DNA of 53,286 bases, from the IMG/VR virus record IMGVR_UViG_3300023181_000036, positions 1 through 53,286 of that record; one strand, given 5' to 3'. The notes beneath the pieces are model-generated. The model had not been told where the DNA came from. It saw nothing but the letters and a program-made list of their open reading frames with translations, and did no database searches. Below, one piece after another: positions 27,046-34,908 of the stretch; the first letter of the stretch is position 1; the number at the start of each line of letters is the position of its first letter. Made by a program: the position numbers and the translations under genes. Origin of the DNA: a virus. Taxonomy: Duplodnaviria > Caudoviricetes.

Positions 27046-27080
27046 GTAATGTAGGACATGACACTACTTCACGTCAAGTA
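27046..27080 (-). promoter_or_regulatory. Early promoter copy 2 with an operator-like inverted repeat
   Basis: TTGACG-18-TACATT; ACTACTT-cacgtc-AAGTAGT overlaps the -35. Confidence 0.7.
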
Positions 27081-27231
27081 GTTCGTTATACAGTGTTGTC
27101 ATATGAAGTGATGGTCTTATACCGTAGTTGCGTGACGTAGCTGTGCTGGAGTCAGTACGTGATAGAGCGTAGACGTGTCGTTTTTACTAAACATATACAA
27201 ATCTTTGTAATTGGGACTTTCTGTCTTTCGA

Positions 27232-27395
27232 TAAGTTGTTGATTTTGTTGGAGAAAGTGAAATATATGGATATAATTTTTTGTGGACCTGGGTTAGGTGG
27301 ATGGTGCCGTCCCAAAAGTAGTACCTTTATATATATATTATTATTATTATTTATATATATATTTATATAGAATACACTTAGAAATCAAGCACTTA
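27232..27395. other. Putative replication origin: pure A/T tract flanked by inverted IHF consensus sites
   Basis: 44-nt A/T-only run at 27326-27369; WATCAANNNNTTR matches at 27232-27244 (-) and 27383-27395 (+). Confidence 0.55.
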
Positions 27396-27506
27396 GAGAA
27401 AAACAGAGAAACCCGCTCCCCCTTAAACGGACGCAGGTATAACTCAATGGAATCGGTACGTTACTGATACGCTTGTTACATTCTTAACACAAATAGGGGT
27501 AGAAAA

Positions 27507-27830
27507 ATGGCTTTCATTCATACGGCAATGCAACTCTCTACTACGCGACGTGAACGCGCCCTGGCACGTAAGCTAAAGATGATGCTGATTGAACGCGGAT
27601 ATACAGTTAAATGGCGTTCTATCGTTGATTTGTATGGTGCGAGATTGTTACCCCTCGACCTTACGGTTAACGATGTACCTGTCTTGGTGCGGTTAGCGCA
27701 TGACACACACGACAGATGGCAGGACGTTGACTACCTGGAGAAGTACCCGAATGCCTTCATACAGCGCGGCATCACGGACATTGCACCATTGTGTGGGCAC
27801 ATCGCTACGGTAACAGGCGTACCGCAGTGA
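27507..27830 (+). CDS. Hypothetical protein, possibly a degenerate DUF559/Vsr-like fold
   Basis: RBS AGGGGT; T..ERAL..L...GY..LDL pattern. Confidence 0.5.
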   Translation: MAFIHTAMQLSTTRRERALARKLKMMLIERGYTVKWRSIVDLYGARLLPLDLTVNDVPVLVRLAHDTHDRWQDVDYLEKYPNAFIQRGITDIAPLCGHIATVTGVPQ

Positions 27831-27831
27831 G

Positions 27832-27956
27832 TTATCCACAAGCAGTATTACATGGTGCTTAAACAATAGGCATCATGCCGTATTTATGTGTACTATCGTA
27901 TGCTGCGAAGTTAACATAATGGTCATTGTATGATGCACAGAACGTAGTTATCCACA
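27832..27956 (+). promoter_or_regulatory. Two perfect DnaA boxes flanking Fis-like and dif-like sites
   Basis: TTATCCACA at 27832-27840 and 27948-27956. Confidence 0.6.
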
Positions 27957-28193
27957 GTTTGTGGTATTCTGTACTACATATCACGCATCGTATGACGTAG
28001 TTGAATGTTGTAGTGCCGTGCCTGGGGCTGCGAGACGTAGCTATATGACGAAGGGGGTATAGGGATGCCGGGGGAGGGGGTAGGGGGTGCGTCGGAGGCC
28101 AACCATATACTTCCCCAGCCCCTAAAATCCTCCCGTATCACTACACCGCACCCCAGAACCCCCACCCAACCCAAAAATAGTTACCGTACTCTA

Positions 28194-28221
28194 TTGACAC
28201 TAGCTTTAATTGCTGTAATAT
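28194..28221 (+). promoter_or_regulatory. Rightward sigma70-like promoter
   Basis: TTGACA-16-TAATAT. Confidence 0.55.
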
Positions 28222-28521
28222 TGACCGTATTAGAGGAACCATAATGCTCTTTCCGCCAGCAACAACCGTAGTGCATCGCAGTCAACCACATGACGTGTAT
28301 ATTGGCCGTCCGTCCAAATGGGGCAATCCTTTCCTACTGCGTAATGAGGCTGATCGTGCCGCAGTCATCCATCAGTATGAGGAATGGCTGCGCACGCAAC
28401 CGAACCTTCTCGCCGATTTGCACGAACTGAAAGGTAAACGCCTGGGTTGCTGGTGTAAACCTTCCGCATGTCATGGTGATGTACTTGCAAGACTCGCCGA
28501 CATGACGTAATATTGACCGTA
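28215..28521 (+). repeat. 15-bp direct repeat GTAATATTGACCGTA flanking the DUF4326 gene
   Basis: Exact copies at 28215-28229 and 28507-28521. Confidence 0.85.
28244..28510 (+). CDS. DUF4326 domain protein
   Basis: DVYIGRPSKWGNPF...LKGKRLGCWCKP..CHGDVL. Confidence 0.9.
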   Translation: MLFPPATTVVHRSQPHDVYIGRPSKWGNPFLLRNEADRAAVIHQYEEWLRTQPNLLADLHELKGKRLGCWCKPSACHGDVLARLADMT

Positions 28522-28548
28522 CTTACTTGACCATATGAAAGGTTCCAC

Positions 28549-28725
28549 ATGCGCCTTGAACACTACAAAGCCCAAATCGAAATGAACGCCTCACCTATCG
28601 TAGTGCGTACTGACGTTCCTGAAGGCGGCTGCGTACGCTTGCTACTGGACGACGGAACTGTCATACTGTTCAAGGTAAGCGAATGGGGCAGCGTTGAAAT
28701 CCATCCGCATTACAAGACGCTTTGA
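28549..28725 (+). CDS. 58-aa hypothetical protein
   Basis: RBS AAGGT; absent from the ORF track. Confidence 0.55.
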   Translation: MRLEHYKAQIEMNASPIVVRTDVPEGGCVRLLLDDGTVILFKVSEWGSVEIHPHYKTL

Positions 28726-28765
28726 TACACCCCGCCCCACTGTGGGCAACAACTAAGGAGTAGCC

Positions 28766-29032
28766 ATGCTGACACGTAAACAGTTCATTCGTAATTCGAT
28801 TCTTCTCAGCGTTGCGCAAATCGTAACGCTGCCTATCTGGCTTCCTGTGCTGTTTGTCGTTGTGTTAATCGCGTATGTCGTCGCGTTTATCGGAGAAACG
28901 TACAAAAGCTACATGCAGACTGTCAACGACAAGTACGCCATGCAGCAGGCCAAGGTCAACGCGTGGTTGTGGTATACACTGCGCGAGAATCCCCAGGCGT
29001 TCTACAGTGCTTCGGGGATGAAGGGGTCGTAA
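28766..29032 (+). CDS. Membrane protein
   Basis: RBS AAGGAG; long hydrophobic segment. Confidence 0.65.
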   Translation: MLTRKQFIRNSILLSVAQIVTLPIWLPVLFVVVLIAYVVAFIGETYKSYMQTVNDKYAMQQAKVNAWLWYTLRENPQAFYSASGMKGS

Positions 29033-29061
29033 CCATTTTCTTCAACTGTTAAGGAGTAACC

Positions 29062-29328
29062 ATGCCCATTCAACTTCCCCCGTCGGTGTTTCACGATCCC
29101 GAACTGCCCCTGCGCCGTACCGGACGTACAACCGCACTGATGCTTGAGCTTATCGCCAAGTGCATCCGTGAGCCCAATGTGTGGCATCCGGTCGTGGATC
29201 ATCACGACGCGCACATTGCCCGTATCGAAGCATTCGAGTGCGCTAAAATGCTCGTGAACAACTTGAACTTTCAGGGGTTCCAATTCCAACGTAGCACACT
29301 GTCGGTCCGTTTAACTCGTAGGGGATAA
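29062..29328 (+). CDS. Hypothetical protein (RRTGRTT P-loop-like remnant)
   Basis: RBS AAGGAG. Confidence 0.65.
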   Translation: MPIQLPPSVFHDPELPLRRTGRTTALMLELIAKCIREPNVWHPVVDHHDAHIARIEAFECAKMLVNNLNFQGFQFQRSTLSVRLTRRG

Positions 29329-29330
29329 CC

Positions 29331-29978
29331 ATGCACATCATTTCACGCACAGGCAACATTGCCTTGATCGCACCGCCAACCGAAGTCATTGGTTCGGCGA
29401 ACCTGCCGGAGTATCTGAACAAGCTTCAGAACGACAACAACTGTATCGTCCTGGGGGTCAATCCCACAGGTACGTTGGTCCGGTTCCTGCCTCCGGTCCC
29501 GGCGCGCGAACACAAGCCACACCCAGCGACGACGGCGCAGGCCAATCGCGGCGTACCTGACAAAGGCACGATCACAACGTACAGCTTCGCAGGGGGCAAG
29601 TACGTATTTGACCGCAACAGCACCGGCATTATCGAAGACGTGCGGCGCAACGGCGAACCGTGGTTCATCATAAAGACGCAGATCGAACACGCTAACTGGT
29701 TCCATGCTGTGCTTGACGAAATCGACCGGCTGCAAGCGAACTGCGTTACCGACAAGCCGGTTGTTCAGGACGAACCGAAACCCGGTATCCCAGGTAACGT
29801 CATCACGCACCGTAATGCGTGGCGCAAGGCACTGGAGATTGCACGCGACGTGGCCGTAACGCGTAGCCCTGTGCCTGAAGACGACGGCCCTGATGACCGC
29901 GCGTATTGGGAGCATGAACTCGCCGCGTTTGATCGTACGTTTACGCGGCTTTGGGAACTCATAGGCCACAACGAATAA
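29331..29978 (+). CDS. Hypothetical protein
   Basis: RBS AGGGG; 215 aa. Confidence 0.65.
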   Translation: MHIISRTGNIALIAPPTEVIGSANLPEYLNKLQNDNNCIVLGVNPTGTLVRFLPPVPAREHKPHPATTAQANRGVPDKGTITTYSFAGGKYVFDRNSTGIIEDVRRNGEPWFIIKTQIEHANWFHAVLDEIDRLQANCVTDKPVVQDEPKPGIPGNVITHRNAWRKALEIARDVAVTRSPVPEDDGPDDRAYWEHELAAFDRTFTRLWELIGHNE

Positions 29979-30034
29979 ATTCCCACGCCGCCAAAACAGG
30001 CGGTATATAATCTTTGCACACTACTGGAGAACAC

Positions 30035-30250
30035 ATGCCCGCCCCCAAACTGACTCCCTGGATTTCTGCCAGCACGCCGCCTGTCCGCAGGGGCGTCTAC
30101 ATCGCAAGCTGTGGCCGCAACCGTTTCTATCGCTACTGGAACGGCAAGCAGTGGCTGAATGGTTCGTACGGCCTTCGCGACGTACGAAAGGATGCAAAGC
30201 CGTACCGTGGTGAAGTGGCTTGGTGGCGCGGACTGGCGGTGAAGCCATGA
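30035..30250 (+). CDS. Conserved Trp-rich phage hypothetical protein
   Basis: LTPW....PVR.GVY...YWNG.QW..WRGLA. Confidence 0.7.
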   Translation: MPAPKLTPWISASTPPVRRGVYIASCGRNRFYRYWNGKQWLNGSYGLRDVRKDAKPYRGEVAWWRGLAVKP

Positions 30251-30591
30251 CCACTGACCAAAGCATTAACTTCTTTATCCATACGTTCGTAGCCTTCGCG
30301 TCCGGCTGGCTGATCTGCATGGCGTACAACCAATGGGAGCGCAACAAAGAAGCCAAGCAGCCGATGAATCCTGACGTACTGACGTGCCCTGAGTGCAAGG
30401 GCGAAGCTGTCGTCGTGCGTTGGGGACCGGAAGAATACTCTGTTGAGTGTAAAGAACAGGAAGACGCGGACTACAGAAACGATGCGTCAGACTGCATATG
30501 GGGCGGCACGCCGCTTGTAACGACAAAGGCCGACGCAGTATCGTTGTACGTCACACAGGCGAAAACGCAGTCGAGGGCACAGAATGGCTAA
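30247..30591 (+). CDS. Hypothetical protein with TM and Zn-ribbon
   Basis: N-terminal TM; LTCPECKGEA. Confidence 0.55.
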   Translation: MTTDQSINFFIHTFVAFASGWLICMAYNQWERNKEAKQPMNPDVLTCPECKGEAVVVRWGPEEYSVECKEQEDADYRNDASDCIWGGTPLVTTKADAVSLYVTQAKTQSRAQNG

Positions 30592-30886
30592 GGAAGAACT
30601 ATCTCTTACCGAAGTCGCCTACGATGCGAAAGAGCAACGAATCAACATCGCGTTCGGCCCTGTTGTCGTAAGCGTGTTTATCGGAAAGGGCATGGCATGG
30701 AACGTTGTCGCAGCACAACTGCACAGCCTTGCGTTGCTTGTAAAACAGAACGTCGAAGCGCACAACAAATCGCAACGCAAACCCGCAGGCTACCTGCTTG
30801 ACGGAGACTTCGTGCCGCTTCCGCGCAACATTGTGCTAGAAGAACTTGACATACCGGAGTTTGCTACGGTACTATACGCAGACTAA
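30584..30886 (+). CDS. Hypothetical protein
   Basis: RBS GAGG; coupled ORF. Confidence 0.6.
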   Translation: MAKEELSLTEVAYDAKEQRINIAFGPVVVSVFIGKGMAWNVVAAQLHSLALLVKQNVEAHNKSQRKPAGYLLDGDFVPLPRNIVLEELDIPEFATVLYAD

Positions 30887-30901
30887 CTTAAAGGAGCTTA
30901 T

Positions 30902-31477
30902 ATGTACGACTCGGAACAACGTTACCTGAAGATCAGCTTTATGCGGCTTTTCCGTATGTTGCTGCCAATCGTACTCGGATGCCTGCTGGGCTTCTGCGTA
31001 TTCAACGAAGCCAAAGCGCAGGACCGTATCGGCGTGAACCTGCTGAGTTTCCACAGCAAGGAATACGTCGCCTGGGCGGAAAACGATAACGGCGTGTACA
31101 AGGTCATCAAGACGGAGCCGTACAACGTCGTGACGCCTGGGGCCTACGTGCAGTATGAATCCGGCCTGCTGCTGGGCGTGCTGATGTCCAACAGCCTCGG
31201 CAAGCCCGGAGCGTATGTGGGCTGGACCTTCCGAACGCGTGACGACCGCTGGGGCCTGACCTTGGGCGCGATTGGCCCCTACGAACGCCGGATCATGCCC
31301 TTGCTTCAGGCGACGTTCGCGGTTAAGCTGCGCCAAGACCTCGGATTGAATGTCGCAGAAGACTACACTCTGCGCGTCGGATTCATGCCGGGTTTCCGCC
31401 ACAAACTCACCTGGACAGACAAACATACCGTACGTTCGCCGAACGTCGTAACCGTCAGCATTGACAGGAAGTTTTAG
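30902..31477 (+). CDS. Outer-membrane beta-barrel, PagP-like
   Basis: RBS AAGGAG; signal peptide ending AKA/Q; alternating beta strands; C-terminal Phe. Confidence 0.65.
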   Translation: MYDSEQRYLKISFMRLFRMLLPIVLGCLLGFCVFNEAKAQDRIGVNLLSFHSKEYVAWAENDNGVYKVIKTEPYNVVTPGAYVQYESGLLLGVLMSNSLGKPGAYVGWTFRTRDDRWGLTLGAIGPYERRIMPLLQATFAVKLRQDLGLNVAEDYTLRVGFMPGFRHKLTWTDKHTVRSPNVVTVSIDRKF

Positions 31478-31480
31478 CGC

Positions 31481-31696
31481 GTGGCAAATAGCTGGGTTCC
31501 GCCAGGATGGGCACGCGGGGACACAATCGTTGTGCCCACATACGAACCGCGTATCGTAGTGCAGCGCCTTGGGATTACGCCGTTCAACGTGAAGCCTGGG
31601 GCGCTGCTGAAAATAGAATTCGATGACGTAGCCGCGTATAACGCTTGGCTGCGTTGGTGGTTTGCTGATGACGTACCGATAAATCCTTTCGCATGA
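31481..31696 (+). CDS. Hypothetical protein ending DDVPINPFA
   Basis: RBS AGGA, GTG start. Confidence 0.55.
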   Translation: MANSWVPPGWARGDTIVVPTYEPRIVVQRLGITPFNVKPGALLKIEFDDVAAYNAWLRWWFADDVPINPFA

Positions 31697-31887
31697 AAAC
31701 AGAATGGCTTCCCATCTTCGCGGTTTGGTACACCAACAACGGTACCGTGTGGTATCTAGGCGATACGTACCGCGCCAAGACAGCACAGGGCGCAATCAAG
31801 CAGTTTGTCAAAGGCCGCAGTAAGCACAAGCACTACATAGGAGTGAAAGCAAATGAAGTTAATAACAATATCGAGCGTGACGCTTGA
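31693..31887 (+). CDS. Hypothetical protein
   Basis: ATGA-coupled. Confidence 0.5.
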   Translation: MKTEWLPIFAVWYTNNGTVWYLGDTYRAKTAQGAIKQFVKGRSKHKHYIGVKANEVNNNIERDA

Positions 31888-32083
31888 AGGCGTGATTGAT
31901 GAAGTCAACCATCTGAACTACGCAAACGATGTCGTCACTATCCTGCCGCTAGGTAGCGGTGCCGGTTACAGCGCTGTCGTACGTGTGAGCGATATGCGTG
32001 TCGCGCGTATGAAGCGTGTCCAGCAAGACCCGACCGACAGCACGCCGTTGCCGCCCATCGACCCGAAAGGCGGTGCGCAATGA
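31853..32083 (+). CDS. Hypothetical protein
   Basis: RBS AGGAG. Confidence 0.55.
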   Translation: MKLITISSVTLEGVIDEVNHLNYANDVVTILPLGSGAGYSAVVRVSDMRVARMKRVQQDPTDSTPLPPIDPKGGAQ

Positions 32084-32218
32084 AACCGCATATACGTTAC
32101 GTGCCTGGTTACGGCTGGCGCGCCGTACTGGGTATTTTCTGGCCTACGCATGCAGAAGTCTCCTTGCTCAATAAAGCATGGGAATGGTGCCACCATCGCA
32201 ACAAGCTAAAGGATCAAA

Positions 32219-32728
32219 ATGAAGCCCGCTGACCTCGCCAAGTCCGGTACCGAATCCGGCCAACAACGCGCCCTTTTCGCAGCAATCAACGCGGAGCTAT
32301 GGCAACTGAAGTGCCAAGAGGCGCATTCCGCAACGCCAAAGTACCCGATGTCGCAGGAGACTGCCCGCATGATAGGCATGTGGGACCACAAAGACCGTCG
32401 CCACCTTGCGCCGCTGCGCTGGTGCCACGCCATCCCGAACGGCGGCAGTCGCGGTGAGTCTGCCAGGGGCCGCGCCATCGCCGGGGCGGCCATGAAGGCG
32501 GAAGGTGTCATCGCGGGCATCCCTGACGTATTCCTGCCCTTCCCGACCGTGATAGGTTTGAGCCAGTGGGCCGGACTCTACATCGAAATGAAGAAAGCGA
32601 TAGGCGGACGCGTCAGCGAAGAACAAAAGGAATTCGGCACGTACGCGCGCAGTGTGGGCTACGCTTGGCATGTCTGCTACACATGGGAAGAAGCTTTCTC
32701 GGTCTTGATCGCGTATTTGGAAGGGTAG
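32219..32728 (+). CDS. VRR-NUC domain nuclease / Holliday junction resolvase
   Basis: HAIPNGGSR, MKAEGV.AGIPD, LYIEMK, GRVSEEQ. Confidence 0.9.
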   Translation: MKPADLAKSGTESGQQRALFAAINAELWQLKCQEAHSATPKYPMSQETARMIGMWDHKDRRHLAPLRWCHAIPNGGSRGESARGRAIAGAAMKAEGVIAGIPDVFLPFPTVIGLSQWAGLYIEMKKAIGGRVSEEQKEFGTYARSVGYAWHVCYTWEEAFSVLIAYLEG

Positions 32729-32732
32729 TACC

Positions 32733-32957
32733 ATGCCAACAATGAAAGAACGTGGAACCGAAGTCGGTAATGAACTGCTGGGTAGTTGTGGCGCTATAGG
32801 CGATCATGCAACAGACGAAGAACAGAATAACGGTGAATTCTGCGCGGAGCTTGAAGAAGTGACGCAACAATGCGACACCTGCGGTTGGTGGTGCGAACCT
32901 GGTGAAATGAACGATACTGGTGTTTGTGAAGACTGCGCTGAAGAAGAAAGCGAATAA
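32733..32957 (+). CDS. Acidic Zn-finger protein
   Basis: CDTCGWW...CEDC. Confidence 0.65.
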   Translation: MPTMKERGTEVGNELLGSCGAIGDHATDEEQNNGEFCAELEEVTQQCDTCGWWCEPGEMNDTGVCEDCAEEESE

Positions 32958-32962
32958 CGTAG

Positions 32963-32991
32963 TTGACACATCGCAGTAACCACGCTATATT
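32963..32991 (+). promoter_or_regulatory. Sigma70-like promoter
   Basis: TTGACA-17-TATATT. Confidence 0.75.
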
Positions 32992-33016
32992 AACGTATCA
33001 ACTCTGAAAGGCCAAC

Positions 33017-33202
33017 ATGATCCGTCCTAGCTATCGTGACAATCCTTACGCGTGGCACGTCACTCCGCGCTACATGACCGACCGTGCCAAGTATGGCTAT
33101 GCCGGATCGAAGTACAAGCGCCGCGTAACGCCGATGTCGATTGTTTTCTTCATCGTCGCCGTCTTGCTCATGATCGCAACGATCCTGATGGCGCTGTCGT
33201 GA
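33017..33202 (+). CDS. Small membrane protein
   Basis: C-terminal TM. Confidence 0.55.
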   Translation: MIRPSYRDNPYAWHVTPRYMTDRAKYGYAGSKYKRRVTPMSIVFFIVAVLLMIATILMALS

Positions 33203-33417
33203 GCCAGCAAGACCAACGTAACGACGCGAAGGCCCTGCGCATTATTGTTGCGCTATGGGCCGAAGGTGTAAGCGCAGATAACATCGTTCGTCTGCTGAAC
33301 TACCATTTCGAGCCGACTTACGTTGTGTCGGTGCATAACCGTATTCCCTCAATCATGCGCGTGCCGGAAGGGCATAACTACGCGCCTAACGTAACTGTCT
33401 GGAGTCCAACGAAATGA
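33199..33417 (+). CDS. Hypothetical protein
   Basis: GTGA-coupled. Confidence 0.45.
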   Translation: MSQQDQRNDAKALRIIVALWAEGVSADNIVRLLNYHFEPTYVVSVHNRIPSIMRVPEGHNYAPNVTVWSPTK

Positions 33418-33812
33418 GCATCGAAAAACCTGTCAACAGCGCCCAGGCGATCATGTCCGGCGATCAGTACCGCAAGCAGCCGACGATGGCCGAAACGTTC
33501 AACAACGTAGCTAGGGCCGCAGGTAAAGCGACCATCATGCAGAAGCATGAAAACGGCTTCTTCATCTGGGTGACGGAGAACGAAACTGATCCTGTAGCCG
33601 CACTCCTGCACGCGGCTATCGGCATCATGGCGGCGCGAGGCGTCACGTCGAACGGCCACAGTATCGAAATGCGCCGCAGTGAACTGCTTGCAAAAGATTT
33701 GCAGGTGTTCTGGTCCGTGACCGGCGCTGACGGCGAACTGATAGCCAAAGGCTACGCAGCCGACGAAAGAGCGGCAGGCCGCGCGATGCTGCCGCATTTG
33801 ACGCAGGCGTGA
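33414..33812 (+). CDS. Hypothetical protein
   Basis: RBS GGAG; coupled ORF. Confidence 0.6.
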   Translation: MSIEKPVNSAQAIMSGDQYRKQPTMAETFNNVARAAGKATIMQKHENGFFIWVTENETDPVAALLHAAIGIMAARGVTSNGHSIEMRRSELLAKDLQVFWSVTGADGELIAKGYAADERAAGRAMLPHLTQA

Positions 33813-33813
33813 C

Positions 33814-34797
33814 ATGAAACGCGCATTCATGGAGCGGCGCTTTCAGACAAGCGTGCGCGCGATCATCGCAGACGCAAACAAGATCATCGAAAAGTACGCC
33901 GCCCAAGGGCTGACGCTCACGGTGCGGCAACTGTACTACCGGTTCATTGCGTTCGACCTGTTCCCTGCGTCATGGATCGATACGGCGTACAACAAGCGCA
34001 ACGGACTCGACCCGAACACGAAGAACACGCTGAAGAACTACAAACGCCTTGCCGGTATCGTCAACGACGGGCGTGTTGCGGGCTGGATCGATTGGGACGC
34101 AATCGAAGATCGTACGCGCTGGCTGCGCGACTATGCGACGTACGACGACGCAGCGCAACTTATTCGTGAAGCGAATTACCGCTACGCCGAAGCGATTTGG
34201 GAATTGTCCCAGCCCTGCTACGTCGAAGTGTGGGTAGAGAAAGACGCGCTCGTTGGTGTGATCGAAGGCCCGTGTAATGAACTGCGCGTACCGTACTTTC
34301 CCACACGCGGCTATCTGTCGCAGTCTGAAGCGTATAGTACAGGCCAGCGGCTGCGCGACAAGCTTGACAGCGGTAAAGAGGTTGTGATATTCCACCTGGG
34401 CGACCATGACCCTAGCGGCCTAGACATGTCGCGCGATCTTGAAGAACGTATGAAAACGTTCGCATGCACGGAAGACATAAATTTTCAACGTATCGCGTTG
34501 AACATGGATCAAGTCACGAAGTACAACCCACCGCCAAATCCTGCGAAGGAAACAGATAGCCGCTTCGCGCAGTACAACAGCGAGTACGGCGACGAGTCCT
34601 GGGAGCTTGACGCGCTTGAGCCTGAAATCATTCAGGCACTTGTGAAGGACAGCGTTAAAACGCTGATCGACCAATCTGCCTGGGATGCTGCTATCGCAGA
34701 CGAGACACACAACCGGCAGGTACTGAGCGAACTGACGAACCGCTGGCCGCTGATTAAAACGTTCCTTGAACGCCGCATTCCGTCGCAAAGCGAATAA
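33814..34797 (+). CDS. Top6A/Spo11-like WHD+TOPRIM protein (Mini-A-like)
   Basis: TVRQLYY, VEKDA, RGY, GDHDPSG, WELDAL. Confidence 0.8.
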   Translation: MKRAFMERRFQTSVRAIIADANKIIEKYAAQGLTLTVRQLYYRFIAFDLFPASWIDTAYNKRNGLDPNTKNTLKNYKRLAGIVNDGRVAGWIDWDAIEDRTRWLRDYATYDDAAQLIREANYRYAEAIWELSQPCYVEVWVEKDALVGVIEGPCNELRVPYFPTRGYLSQSEAYSTGQRLRDKLDSGKEVVIFHLGDHDPSGLDMSRDLEERMKTFACTEDINFQRIALNMDQVTKYNPPPNPAKETDSRFAQYNSEYGDESWELDALEPEIIQALVKDSVKTLIDQSAWDAAIADETHNRQVLSELTNRWPLIKTFLERRIPSQSE

Positions 34798-34822
34798 ATT
34801 TGTACAGCGCAACAGAAAACGC

Positions 34823-34851
34823 TTGACATGTATCTTTTGCTCGATTACATT
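34823..34851 (+). promoter_or_regulatory. Sigma70-like promoter
   Basis: TTGACA-17-TACATT. Confidence 0.75.
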
Positions 34852-34908
34852 GAATTCTGTCGGATAACTGATACCGATTTTTCATCAACCACTGAAGGAG
34901 TTTCACAA

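Noticed and set aside
27080-28240. tRNA or known ncRNA in the large non-coding region
   Set aside because: No cloverleaf, T-loop GTTCRA motif with flanking stems, or recognisable RNA family signature seen
23580-28749. TGTGGGCAA motif upstream of several early RBSs (23580, 26648, 28741)
   Set aside because: It also occurs inside coding regions (~14537, 46801, ~52644); enrichment cannot be shown by eye
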